DNA of 62,500 nt, filler included, from Platydemus manokwari (lineage: Eukaryota), in assembly GCA_037951405.1 (NCBI GenBank). It is 6 parts of 6 records of this genome, joined end to end, with 100 filler letters (N's around TTAATTAATTAA, not from the genome) between each part and the next. Parts side by side here need not be neighbours in the genome. Positions count along the whole stretch, not along the records: positions 9,782 to 22,715 come from JBBMOY011896942.1; positions 22,816 to 32,245 come from JBBMOY011250541.1; 4 more parts are not named here. One strand, given 5' to 3'. The position numbers were made by a program, and so were the translations under genes. The notes under the pieces are model-generated. The model was given only the letters and a program-made list of their open reading frames with translations, made no database searches and was not told the DNA's origin. This document shows, in pieces, positions 13,529 through 27,080 of the stretch (its first letter is position 1; every line of letters starts with the position of its first letter).

Positions 13529-16500
13529 CATTATCAACTTATTCACTACATGATAGGATATTACGCAGATAAAGTTTGACTTGATGAAACACACTTTCAA
13601 TGAATCCATATGAAATAACATTTTATTGTTTAATTATTTATTTGGTTTCTATGGAGATCGTTATTTCCACTTTTCGATTAAATAGTTTTTATAATAAAAC
13701 TAGAAATACAATATTTTCATCTTTAATTCTCCATTGTCTGTTATTAGTGGAAACTTTCAATTATAGAGATAATGAAAGCTAAAACAATCTGTCATCTTTT
13801 CAATCGACATAAAACGAACGTTGCTACTTCAAAACAAAAAGTCGATAGTTGTTGAAATAAGAAGTGGGGGTTTATAGAAAACTGTCGTCAGAAAACCATC
13901 TAAAACATATGAATAGGAAACAGAATTATTTAGATATTTTTTCAAAGATAAATGTCCAATCATGAACTATGTTTAATATGATATCATAAATATATTTTTA
14001 CGAAACTATTCGAGTGCCACAATCTTTAAAATTATTCTCGCTGGAGAGAGAAATCATCAACCATTAATAATATAAAAATATTGATTTTGTTATTAATCTT
14101 AAGTTTAAAACATTGAGTTTGATTTCCGATGTAAAAATTGTCAATAAATAAACTACATGGATTTTTACAATACACTCAACAAATTTAAAATTTAATTTTC
14201 TGACCTCTTTTCTTAACTTGAGTTTTATTTTATACTGCTAATAATATTTGAATTCAACATAAAATAATAAGCCATTTATATTTTCTTTAAAGTTTTCTTG
14301 ACGTATTGAATTAATATTTTGATTTTTAAATTTATGATATCAGTTATTAGAATCAACAAAAAATGCTACCAAAATCGTGTCAGATGTCATGAGCTGTTAA
14401 CTGAGAGCGTTTATATTTCATTAAATGAAATGCCATGAAAAAATAAATATTTTCAAAAAATGTCAAGAAATTATGTAGTGTAATAATTTCTGAATAATAA
14501 GCCGTAGTATTTTTCGGGAATAAAAAAAGTCATCTAATTATAGATTTGCAATGTTGTACAATAGCGTTACATACAGAAGTTTTAATCAATAAGTTTGTTA
14601 TCCCTATAGTTAGATGAGAATCTATGAAGCTAGAATGTCAATTAAGATTGTCTGATAATTACTCACAGATTGGATTTCTCAAATCACGCAATGAGCTTTG
14701 TTTATGTTGTAGTAATCTTTTTCAATGTTTCTATAGATACGGAACTCGTTTATAGCCTATTTAAAAAGTATCTATAATTTCAGATTAAGTTTATTCTGAT
14801 TATTTATATTCGTTTTACTCTTCTATTTACTATTTTTGAATTATACGATCAACAGAAGATCACATTTTATTAAAATAAAAATTAACTCTATAGAGATTTT
14901 CGAACCTTATGCAGATAGATTAACAATTTTAAAACGAAAAAGCAAAAAACTATAAAAATGATAATTAAATTTTATTATATCTCAATTTGAATGACGTTTT
15001 AACATTAAAAACTGCAGTCGTCTCTTTAATATGTCATTACAAGTTCTTTGTTAAAATTAGAATTTTAATAAAAACCATTATTTTCATATTTTCGTTTTGT
15101 TTTAATAAAATTTTTATACTTTAATACATATATTTCAACACTTCCAATTTTTATTGCGTAAGCATTGCTGAGAATTGTATTACCTATACAAATTTATTAG
15201 TAAGAAATCAAAAATTAATCTACTATGGAATATGAGACAAAACGGACAAAAAATCCTAATCAAAACAGTTTGGGCAGTCTTCAATATAGTATGGACACAG
15301 ACATAATAGACACCAGTACATAATCAGAGGTCTTTCCGATCAATTTTCTATGATGGGATTATGATTTTAATTTGGTGCATACCTACAGAAAATTACGAAC
15401 ACCTAAATGCACAAATGATTAAAAGAGACAGACGAACATCTGTTAATTAAATACAAAATTCAAATCTTCAAATAGTTCTGACAATTAATAAGTGAAATCT
15501 TAAACACCTAACGAATATAGCCTATAAAAACTTGGGAGAAGAATTGCCAATTTTCTGTGTTCGGTAAGCACCATATGATTCTTTCTGCGATCATTTTTAT
15601 TTATTATGTGATTATCTTTGTTCATAACGTGATCATTGTTATTGAAACTACTTACATATATTTTAGTGATCATCTTGGTTTCTTTTATTGATGGATATTG
15701 AGGTTATAATCATGCATAACAATTTTAATTAAACATACTTCATTAAATTGTCTTCGAGTGAATTACTAATTCAACACCACCAAATTATTTTACTTAACTA
15801 CTACGATTTAATCTTGACTTCATCAAATTATTTATTAACTGGAAATCAATAATTTACTTAAATACTTTAATGAATTTTACTCATTGTTTAAGTTCGTACA
15901 AATTAAAATCGTAAATTATTCATAACTTATGCCAATTTTTTCATGATATTAAAGAAAAATCTTAAATTAAATTTTCACATTTTCAAATAAAATTTTCTTA
16001 TGATGTGAGAATCAAAAGAAAGCTATTTAAAAATACAATCATAGTATTCATATAGTTCAAACTCAAATCAGCTAATTTTAACAAGCTAATTTATTTAATA
16101 TGATTTATTAAGCTGGAATTTTAACTTTTCAATGACCTGATTTTCAATTCACTTTTTTCTAATATCAGAAGTTCGTCTATTCTGGATAAACAAGATATTA
16201 GCTTAATGAGAGGAAGTTTAAAGTAACGATTTCCATTATAATGGATTTAAAAATTCGTTAAATCTAAATACCATAAAATCTAAATACAAAAAAGAATCTG
16301 ACTAAATTTAAATCTTTATCAGTTCTTAGATTCGATAGGTATTGAAAAATTTCGACATTAAATAAATATTGAGCGTAAATAAGTTATTGCCTACCTTAAG
16401 TTTTATCTTTAGGATTATCATCACATAATGGTAAAAATTATCTGCAGACTAATCATAAGTTAGTGACAAAATTTATGAAATGTTTCTACAGATAAATAAT

Positions 16501-17869
16501 TCAATCAAAATATTTATAATTGTTTGCATTTTGAGAATATTAGTACATTTTTATTTTTAGAATAAGAAGTATCATTAAAATTTATTTAAAATTGACACCT
16601 TTCAGTAGATATTAAAGTTGATAAATTAAAGGATGATTTAGTATGAAATCTCCATCCGAGAACTTTTCGTTGAAAGTGTTCCTGGAACTGAATAAGCTTG
16701 AAAATTATCATATTGTCATCATATTGTATATTAGATTCATAAAGAGTCATTTTTTGTTCAAACTAGTAAGCACAAGCTAATCATAAATAATTTGGTTTAG
16801 CTTTGGTTTAATGATAATTTATAAATTGATAATTATGAAGAAAGCAATGAACAAATTTGAGAAACAAATTCTTTATGAAAAACGAAAGAATCAAACAATG
16901 GTGATGTGAAATTATGTTATGGATAAACAACATTAATTGCCATACAATACTGGCTCAAATGTAATCAAAAATAAAGTATTAAATATATAAAATTAATACA
17001 CACTAGAGTCGATTACCATCCATGACACAGATTTAGATTATTTTTCAATTCATAAAATAGTTTGATGTTCAAGTATATAATTAAACAATTAACACATTCA
17101 ATAATTATAAATAAAAAATTGTCTATTAAAATATAACAAACAGAAAAAATCATTTTGTACTTCCACAGTGTTTATATCCAGATATCATTAGATTTTAAAC
17201 TTTAAATTAACTTTAGGTATTTCATGAAAAATTTAAACAAAGAATTTTCAAATAAAAACCAAGATATTGTCAGTAGTAGCTCCCTCATTTAAAATTTATT
17301 ATTCGTTACAATTAGTCGTGAGAAGTATTTTGAAATGATTAGAATTGCATTTCTAAAGACATATTTTTAAACAAATTAAAATATTTATAAGCTAGCTTTA
17401 CTTCTTGGACATCTTAATCAAGAATATAAATATTAAGATATTTAAATAAAAATGTTTAAAACATTTTAAAATAATTCATTTTTAAAAGTATATAAATTTT
17501 TTCCATTTAAATTTAAACTTTCTTCACTGATATGACATCTTAATTCGTTTTATATTGATTGACAAATACTTAAAACTAATAAAACATGTTGATATAAAAC
17601 AATTAAATGAAACGTTAATAGAAATCTCATTAAATATAATTATGAATTAGATGATCAATATGTTCTCAATTAACAGCGACTTAATATAATTATGAAAAGT
17701 ATAATTGTAATAGTCTGATTATCCTTGGAATTTTGAAAACTATATTAGCAAAAAATGGTGGAAAAGTAGGTGAAGTGATTGGTATATTATTTAATACTGT
17801 TATTACATCTTACAAGAAACTAACTACATATATTGAAATCTTATTTATTATTTTTTTACAAATCTTTAG

Positions 17870-18660
17870 ATATTCTACATTGTCGAGGGTAACCAAAAAC
17901 TAAATAGAATGCAACAATTAGATATAACTTCGAAGACGGAATATGTAATGACAGATATTGACTTAGAGGCCAAATACAAAATTTGCTTGAGAGTATGTTC
18001 CTCTGTTTGATTGATGGATATATTAAAAAATCTATACAGGTTATCATGACACCTCAGTGGCCCGGGATTCGAGAACCTAATGAAATATGTACAAATCCTT
18101 CCAATAAATGGGAATTGTCAGCTTTTTTTGGATCTACAGCTGGGGCTTTGTTAGCACTCATACTCATCATTTTATTAATTCTGTTTTCCAAACGAGCAAA
18201 GAAACGACAAAAAGCTTTAAACACCGATTCTAATGACAAGCCGAAACGACAGAGATTCGATTCAGCTTTTGAAAGCCAATTCGACAGTGTTGCTATTCGT
18301 GAAGATACCAGTTTCTACGATGAATATATTATATCTGATATAAGTTTCTATGACAGTTCTGTTCGATCCTATAGTGACACGAATATTTCTCCCAAAACCA
18401 GCACACCGACTGTTATTGTAGGGGACATTGCCAGTCTGAAAGGTTTGAAACGGAAAACTTCGTTGATAGAGGAAGAATCTACTGGTGGTCAGTCTTATGA
18501 TGGTGTGATGGCACCAGTAATATTCAGAGATGGTGATATTGCATATCAGAACCATTGTGAAATTCCAGAGAGAGTTAATAAATCACCCAACCTTCCAATA
18601 GAAAATAAGAATAAATTGATTGAAACATGCATTGACGAAGTAAAGGATTGTGATATGTAA
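17870..18660 (+). CDS. 3' part of a single-pass receptor/adhesion protein: FN3-like domain, TM helix, cytoplasmic tail. Exons 17870-17992 and 18040-18660; upstream exons unresolved.
   Basis: Exon IFYIVEGNQKLNRMQQLDITSKTEYVMTDIDLEAKYKICLR joins in phase 0 across a 47 nt GTATGT..TACAG intron to VIMTPQW...AFFGSTAGALLALILIILLILF-SKRAKKR. YxxTxLxxxxxYxICL is an FN3-like C-terminal pattern. Confidence 0.75.
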
Positions 18661-20321
18661 TGATAGATTGTGAATGATTCCATTTGCTGAGAATGTTGTT
18701 TAACACATTTGATCTTACAGCTCACTGTTTCTTTAATTTTAATTCCATCGATTTTCATCGATTTAACAACCATTATATTATTAATATTATTATTATAACA
18801 ATTATTATTTTTATAAAATTAATTATCGCTTTCATTATAATTGTTAAAAATTTCAAGTTTTACGCGCTGCAATAAATAAATTTTCCGAATTATTACGTGT
18901 CTGAAGTTTTCGAATGCTAAAAATTTTTATATTCAAATCATAAATAAAGTCTAGGAATGTTGTAATATTGGATTGAAATAGCAAATATATCCAATAGATA
19001 CACCAAATTTGTCTAACAATCTACAACTTGTTATTTGAAATTCTGAGAGATATTTTTGTCGTGATTTCAGCTTATTGTTTTACTTACAGAGTTCATTTCA
19101 ACTAAATAATTCTTTACGAGAATAATAACGACATTTATGTTTGTGAAATGATAATGTCAGCGCAGAACCAATTTTTTCTGATAGAATTGGGTTTTTGGAA
19201 GTATTTGATGAGTCAGATTAATAACAATACAATTTGGTCGATAATTTGAATATTTGAATAGTAATGCTGAAATAAATCAATATAAGATTGGAGTTTATTC
19301 TACCAAATATCTGATCCTTAGCAGAGAATAAATCGAAGATTGCATACTGTATATATTAATACTGTTGGCAGTTCAGAAAAACAATTTGTTGTATAAATTA
19401 TGAATTAATTGAAAATGATTTATTTATGATTGTGAAGAAATATACGATATTGAATTTTTGGAAATGGAGAGTGCTTATCATTTTAATACAACCTAACAAT
19501 GAAAAGAAACCCAAAATTGGATATTTTCTAGGAGTTAATGAAGATAGTTATAAAATGGGAAAATCGATTTCAAGAGAAATATATTCAAATGAATTATTTC
19601 AACAATGTTCAGTTATTGAGAAGTAAAAATTATTTATATGATTTGTAATTCAATGAAGAATTTATGGCATTCAATGTGCCTATTATCTCGGAATCCAATC
19701 ATATGTCTCTTGATAATGTTTTTCAACACACTTCGGAATCGCTGTTGTTGGAGAAAAATAAGTGCAATTATGATCTATGCTATTTTTGTGATGGAATATT
19801 TTGATTTTATGTATTGGAATTCAATTTTGAATCTTGAAATCTTATTCTACTGGCAGAAAAGAAGATAAGAGGTGGTGATTTTGAGACTGAACTCACAAAA
19901 TAAAAGTTTGAATTACCACAATACATTCTAAAATCCTGAAAGAATGATAGGACTGACAAAATTGGGTCGAGATGTTCGAAAGAAATTTAGTTGAGTGAAT
20001 TCAATAAACCAACAGAGAGAGTAATTAGATAAAAGTTTTAAAAAATTGAAGACACGAAAGTAAAACATAATTAAGTTAGATTAAATTCGATTTTAAATAA
20101 AACCTAACTCACATTTTAAATACATCTCCAGTTTAGGAGGCATAACTCGAATTGGGATTTAAAAAATATAAGAGCAATTTTATTCAAACTTATCTGAAGA
20201 AACACAATAAAGTTAATTATATAAGTATAAAGTATGATCCATTTTACTGGTCTGAAACAAAAAGGAGGAGGAAACACAAAATGGATGTTTGCTGTTATGC
20301 CCTGTGAATAATCAATAACCA

Positions 20322-20467
20322 ATGATGGGAGCTAATAAGCAATACTTGAGGAAAAAGAAAGTTAAGGAGATTTTATTTAATGAAAGATATCAAACGTTAA
20401 GTAAGAATTTTGACTGGTTAATTTAACTTATATCAATCTCCTTGCAGGCATTATCACCAAATTATGA
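20322..20467 (+). CDS. Candidate small spliced ORF or terminal exons (MMGANKQYLRKKKVKEILFNERYQTLSIITKL)
   Basis: Strong 47 nt intron GTAAGA..CCTTGCAG at 20401-20447 joins in frame to TGA at 20465-20467. No recognisable family. Confidence 0.3.
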
Positions 20468-20754
20468 AATAAAAATGTACTCATTTTGTTGATCCGTTAA
20501 TTAAAATGTGTTCGTTCCAAAAGAAGTTGAGAATGTATGTAAGTTCTCGATTTGAATGTATGCAAAATTATTGTTGTTTCCAATTCTTGTATTGAATATT
20601 TGAGATTCAGTTATTTCGTAAATTTTGTTGTGAATTTTTCCAATCCTGGTTAGAGTATATATGGTTTTTTTTTTAATGATTTCATCGGTTAATTATTGCT
20701 TTGTCATTTCGATTAATTTCTATTATTTAATTGGGTTAATTTGAAAAATCGGTC

Positions 20755-20794
20755 GTTGCCTTAGCAACCTATTTTATTATTGTTTATAAACAAT
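20755..20794. promoter_or_regulatory. RFX X-box plus palindromic double forkhead site
   Basis: GTTGCCTTAGCAAC (20755-20768) fits GTNRCC-N0-3-RGYAAC. ATTGTTTATAAACAAT (20779-20794) is a perfect palindrome with ATAAACA on both strands. Confidence 0.55.
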
Positions 20795-21809
20795 GCATAT
20801 TTTAATTGGATTATTTGCTCCATTTATTTTCACAGCATTTGTAGGAAAGTTATGTTTTTTGAAGTATCTATTAATTAAGTTTAGAGTTGTTAATAAACAA
20901 ATAGGTATGCGACAGGTTGTATTGATGTTAGTAAATTAGTTTCGAATTCTATCTTGCCGATAAACTTATTTGATTCTATTCAATTATTTTTGATATTTCT
21001 TAGTTTTTAATTTTGTTATGTGATGTGACAATGATATGATAATTGATATTTTATTATTATTTAACATTTCTATAACCAACTATTTAATGATATATTGAAA
21101 GTCCAAGATTAGATTATCATAAACCTTTTTGCTATGGTTATTTCAATGTTCAACCCAGGTAAGAAAATTTGATGTTCTTCAAAACTGTTACGTTGTAATT
21201 TTCAAATCTCAAATATAAAACCTTCCAAAAAGTGCGAAACAAATGGACTACAAGTAATTTTCCTGGAACCTTAAGAGACCATTCTTTCATAAATAGAATC
21301 ACAGCCATACACACAGTCACATAATTGAATCAGAAACAAAAGAAATTACAAAGTTAATAATTATAAATTAATTAAAAAAAGCCAAGAAATATAATGGTAA
21401 GAGAAGTTCTACAATGTCTTCAATATATTTATCAATAAATATAATCAAATGGATAATATATAATGAAGATTGTTTCATAAAATTAAATTCTATAATAATT
21501 AAATAACGATGATAAAACAGGCATGTAAATCAACCTAGCCAATATAATAACTCATTACAAAACAATGTGTATGTTAACCACTACAATTTTAAAAACCACA
21601 CATTAAAAACAAACTGAACAATCATGACACAATCAATCTATTTAAATCAAAGTATTTAAACAAATAATTCTGATTTTACATTAATTTAATTTTTTATAAA
21701 ATTAGAATTAGATCTGAATAAAATTTGAATAAAAAGTGAATTAAAATTGTTCTGAATTGAATTAAAATTAAATTCATAATAAATATCTCACAATCTGAAT
21801 TATTAATTT

Positions 21810-22525
21810 GTGATCAAATTGGATAAAACCAATTATGTTGAACATTATAGGAACCTACAATTTTATTTAATGATGGAGATGAAAATAAAAAGAATAAATC
21901 GAATTTTACTGTTTGATCAGAAACCATGGTTGAAAGATTATATACAATCAAACACAAATCTAAGAACCAGAGGAACCAGCAATTTTGAAAAGGATGATGA
22001 GGAATTAAAGAATAAATTTGATTTCTCAGATTATAATAAAGATCATCTATTATATAACACAATAAACAAAAAAGTACAAGGGAAATTTAAAGATCAACTA
22101 AATGGAAAGATTTTAACAGAATGGATTGCAATTAAATCAAAATGTTATTGTTATGATGTATATGGTAGTAAACCAAAAATAAAAAAGTACGGGGAAATTT
22201 TAAAGATGAATTAAATGAAAAAATTTTAACTTTATGGAAAGCAATTAGATCAAAACGTAATTGTTATGATGTACATGGCAATAAACCAAAAATAAAAAAT
22301 AAGGAAATTCAAAAAGCTGTAATTAATAAAAATATGAATATGAGCTTATTTAAAAAATGTTTATTCAATAATGAAAATAATTACCAAAATGTGATGAGAA
22401 TAAGTTCAGATAAACATGATATAGAATTATCGAAAACAAATAAATTAGCTTTACATAAATTTGATCAAAAGAGATTTACTTGTGGAAATGATATTAATAC
22501 TAAACCTTTTGAAAACGTAATATAA
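21810..22525 (+). mobile_element. Maverick/Polinton (adintovirus-like) protein-primed DNA polymerase B C-terminal relic
   Basis: DKTNYVEHYRNLQFYL..KIKRINRILLFDQKPWLKDYIQSNT..NFEKD, FDFSDYNKDHLLYNTINKKVQGKFKDQLNGKIL and NKLALHKFDQKRF match pPolB motifs of metazoan Mavericks. Internally deleted and frameshifted. Confidence 0.85.
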
Positions 22526-22715
22526 ACAAAACATTTCAGTTTTTAACTACATCTAAATTTCATTCTTCCTCGCTTAAATAATAATCTCCACCAATATTAT
22601 TTACTAACTTAAATAACTCAACTTCGACCATTTGAAATATATTAGGTTGGTGCAAAAATAATGGCCTTTTTTAAATTGGCTTTTCATTTTTAAATATTAA
22701 ATTGAAGATCTTATG

Positions 22716-22815
22716 NNNNNNNNNNNNNNNNNNNNNNNNNNNNNNNNNNNNNNNNNNNNTTAATTAATTAANNNNNNNNNNNNNNNNNNNNNNNNNNNNN
22801 NNNNNNNNNNNNNNN
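22716..22815. other. Assembly gap with spacer
   Basis: 100 bp N-TTAATTAATTAA-N block. Confidence 0.97.
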
Positions 22816-23099
22816 TATATTCATATTCATAATATGTAGGTAGATTAAATTAGTTTGATAAAACAATGTTCAGAGTAGTCTATACCTTAGCCTTATTTAT
22901 ATGTTAAAATTTATTTTAATTTAAATCTTTTTTATTTTAAATTTAGTTAAATTATTTTTTATATTCATTTGTCTATTTACCTTACTAAAATATTTTAAAA
23001 ATTTTTTTATTTTAATTCTTGTATAGGTTGTGTTAAATTTTGAATTCATGTTAATGCATCATATTTTCTCATAATCTTTATAAGATAATTTCTTCATAA

Positions 23100-24300
23100 A
23101 ATCTTCATTTCAATTTTCTCTGCCTCGGGTATAATTGAGGGTTTGTATCCTAGTTGTCATTGATTCCTATTTCTGACATATAGCACTATCCTTGTTTCAT
23201 TCAAACTATTTCCATCTTCTTTGACATAGTTATCTCTTGGGTTATCATAGTTTTCATATTGTTCTTTCTTTATATCATCATATTTATAATCAGTTTGCCG
23301 ATTTTGTGAATTAGATTCTTTTATCACATGAACTTCTACTTCGTTCCCTTATTTCGACGTAATCATAATAATTTATAATTATTATTTCTAGTCTGGCAAA
23401 ACCTATTCTGATGTTGTTGGTCATAACCTCAGTTACTGACTTGATTTTCCTTTTACAGACTCTAGTGATTACTGATCTTATACCCATAATGATTTTACTT
23501 TTGTTGTTCCTATTCCTTATTTCTATCTTTGTCATCATGACTGCTATTGTAATTTTGTCTTTTGTTATCATAATTTCTATTGTCATGCATTGGGTTCTAT
23601 TGATTATAAATATTATAATCATCGTATTTCTTTTGGAATTTTTCTAATATTTTTTCAACTCAGACCAAGTTAAGTTTGTAATATGATTGTTTCTCTCATT
23701 CTTATTTGCTGATATAATAACCGAATTAATTAATGGTCTTCCAATAAATGTGCTTTATCCTCTATTATAATTTGTTAAATAATTTACTAGCCAATTTTTT
23801 TCTATTTGTCTTGCATTTTGTATTAATTCTTCTAAATTTTTATACTTAGCCAAATCTATTGGACCTCTTACCGTAAGTGCTATTCGTCTTTTAAGTTTAT
23901 CTATTACCATTTGATTTTTCCATCAAGTGTCGCATTTCTAAGATCAGAGGCCTTGACAGCCAATTGCCTTAATATCACTGCGTATTTACCAACACTTTTT
24001 CCAGACATTTAATGTATTCAAAAACTGCTTAGCATAATACTCACGAACTACTTCTGTTATAAATAGTTTTTAACCTTAATTCATTTACCAGCTGCGAAAA
24101 ACTTATTATTTCATTGAATTTTAAACATTGATAAATTGGTATGACTCAACCTTTGAGATATAATTACCGACTTTTACCCTTCTCTTCATTGATCCAGCCA
24201 TGTGTAGCCGTTATCATATAGAACTCTTCAAAGAAATCATTCAAAGTTTCCTGCGATCTCTCGTAGAAGTTTATGGGTACATACATATTCTTACTATATT
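23100..24300 (-). mobile_element. LTR-retrotransposon Gag relic
   Basis: Minus-strand translation near 24180-24290 gives MYVPINFYERSQETLNDFFEEFYMITATHGWINEEK (F..FE...A..GW.DEEK capsid-like pattern). It is followed by frameshifted sequence and an R/N/S-rich low-complexity segment at 23300-23640. Confidence 0.6.
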
Positions 24301-25768
24301 AGCTTAATTGCTGTACCATCACTTCTATATTAATAAAACTTCTCCTTCCCATAGTAAATTTTTTAATTTCAAAATTTAATTCACTAAATTTATTTATCTG
24401 TGATGTTTTCATATTCAAATTTTAATTTTAGATTATTCTACTAAATGAGTAATTCATTAAATTTTAGTTTTTAACTTTCAGTTACCATTTTTAATTATCA
24501 ATCATCAATTTTAAATTCCCATTTCCTAAATCATCCTTCAAATTATTTAAAGTTTTTAATTTAAATTCTAATTAACTTTCAATGTCGATTGTTTTACTTT
24601 TCCTATTCTATTCACTTTTCCATCAGCTTTTCGAAAATTTGGGTATTTTCAAGGATCTTGAATTATAACTAGTTATAACAATTATTATGCTTTTTTTCGA
24701 TATATTATTAACCAAGTTACTCAAAATTTACTCCTATCTTATCATGTTATTTTTTGTAAGTTATTAATCAGGGATATAATAAAAAATTTACATAAATACC
24801 ACAAACACACGATGCGAAAAGAAAATTATTTTGAATATTCATTTTAATAAAGATATTTTTGATTCATACTTTTTACATATTTCAAACTTCATTATTCAAT
24901 CATAAGAAATCCTTTCGTCTTATAAAAGGTTCTCGTTTATTAGAGTTTCTTACCACCAGAAATACAAACTTTTGACGTTCTACCATATTTAAATTTTTAG
25001 TTTATCAAAAAAAAATATCGTATTTAAGGAATTTTAATTGATATATACAAGAATATATACTAAATTATACATTGTTTAAAATATCGTTTCCATAGGAATT
25101 AAATTTTAATTGGTCTAAAGTTAAGAAAACATATCCTATTATCATAACATATTATCATAATGTAAATCTAAGCTTGAAAATATAAATATTTTAGTGCACC
25201 ACTTTTCCTATTAAACCTGAATATATTTACGGATATTACCTCATTGTATCAATTAGATTTTATTGATTTTAGAAACAAGATTGTCAGCATCAGACTTCCG
25301 AAAAAATCGACGCAATGATATTGTTAACCAATTTACTTTTCTTTATATTTAATTTTTATAAAGAATTTTTTACTACTTACAAATATTCAGCCACTAAATA
25401 TATAGTTATTGCTACGAAACACACACACAATCTAAAATAAAGCCTATCTCCGATTGCTCATTTCTAAAAATAGTATTGATTAATTTTGGGAAAAATATCT
25501 GCGACAATGTGATCGTCTGAGCTTGTTCCAATTAATCAGCGCAATACTACACGCCTACTAACAAATAATCAACAAAAAATAAACACACACACACACACTC
25601 AATTGCTCATCACACTTGCATCTGACGCCTAATACAATCAAAACACACAATCAATATTCATATTTCTATTCAATACAAATGGGACACACGGACAAATATC
25701 GATATCTATATTTTTACAATAAAAAAACAAATCTCATCAAAGGTTTTTCTCGCCAATTTTATCTCTCT

Positions 25769-27080
25769 CTATTCATCGACTTGTGGCAACCAAAATGTCA
25801 GATTCGTGACTGCTGAAGTAATCATAGCAAATTTAGGATTGAATGCAATACAATTGATCGGTTGTGCCGCACTGTTCGGAGTATGATCGAATCCTGGAAT
25901 CAGGGCGACTTTGTTCTTGTTGTCCGTGTTCCACATACACAATTTACCATCTGGTGTGCCACAGACCAGATACTGACTGTCAGGACTGAAGCAAACATCG
26001 AAAGGATGTCTCTGGGGATTCCCGCCCATAATCTGTTGGAACGATGGATTTTTCGTTAATATATATATTTTCAAATTGATGTCAAATGGTTTTAGCAAAT
26101 TGATTTGTTTTTTGTTAATTTAATTTGCAACAGTTTTCAAATTAATATGACAACCACTCACCGTGAAGTTGGCGGTCTGTTTTCCATCGAACGCGTCAAT
26201 GACTTTAATTTGACTGCCATTGCTACAAATGGCAATCATGCGACCATTTGGACTGAATTTCAAAGCATTCCATTCATCTTCCGCTTCCTGAGTGACATCA
26301 AACGTCACAAATGGTCCTTTATCATATGCTCGAACATCATACAACTTCATACTTTCTGAATTGACACCAGCAACAAATATTTGACCTTCTGGATCAAATG
26401 CACCAACTGGTCGACCGGTTGTATGGATAAAACCCTTAAAATAATCAAAATATATATAGTCGTATTACTCATTTCAATATCTACTTAGATAAAAGCTAAT
26501 AAATGTACCTGCGAGTTATGAGCTTTAAGATCCCATAGTCTTATGGTTTTATCTAAGGAACCCGAGAGAAAAACATCATTCACTGGTGACATACTCAATG
26601 TGACAACTCTAAAAGTTTGTGTCAACTTAAAAATCTAATACCAAATCCATCTTTACCTCTTTGTATGACCTACAAAATATCTTATGTATTTATTATCATG
26701 AAGAGACAAAAATCGTATCGTATCTAAGCATAAAATCATCAAAACTTAAAGATCACTTGAAACAAAATACCATCGATTTTTGTTGAAGCATGAATAGCAG
26801 TATTGGAAGAATGAGTAAATTGCATTAAATTAACACCATATTTTTTACTATTTAAATGACGTTTAGCACTATACAACATTAAATTAAGTTGGTATTTTGT
26901 ATTATAAATTGAAACTTACACTCCAGTAATGCAGTCGTATATAATCATCTGATCATCATAACTGGAAGAAATAAGATTTTCACCATTTGAAGAAAAACTT
27001 AAAGAATTTATCTTATCTGCATTATCTTTAAAATATTTAGATGGTACAAATTTTTTGATAGTATTGTCATTCAACTTCAT
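25769..27080 (-). CDS. WDR82: WD repeat protein 82 (SWD2; Set1/COMPASS and PP1-PNUTS subunit), 320 aa. Exons 27080-26920, 26868-26771, 26723-26657, 26608-26509, 26434-26162, 26032-25769.
   Basis: [99 protein letters not shown]. All five introns are GT-AG and in phase; CDS 963 nt. Confidence 0.97.

Noticed and set aside
19380-20000. Possible copia-like relic (PKIGYFLGVNEDSY)
   Set aside because: Single weak motif; no RT YVDD or integrase motif found.
23311-23647. Hydrophobic ORFs on both strands
   Set aside because: Off-frame or antisense readings of a low-complexity part of the gag relic.
25862-26359. Plus-strand ORFs 25862..26059 and 26105..26359
   Set aside because: Antisense shadows of WDR82 exons.
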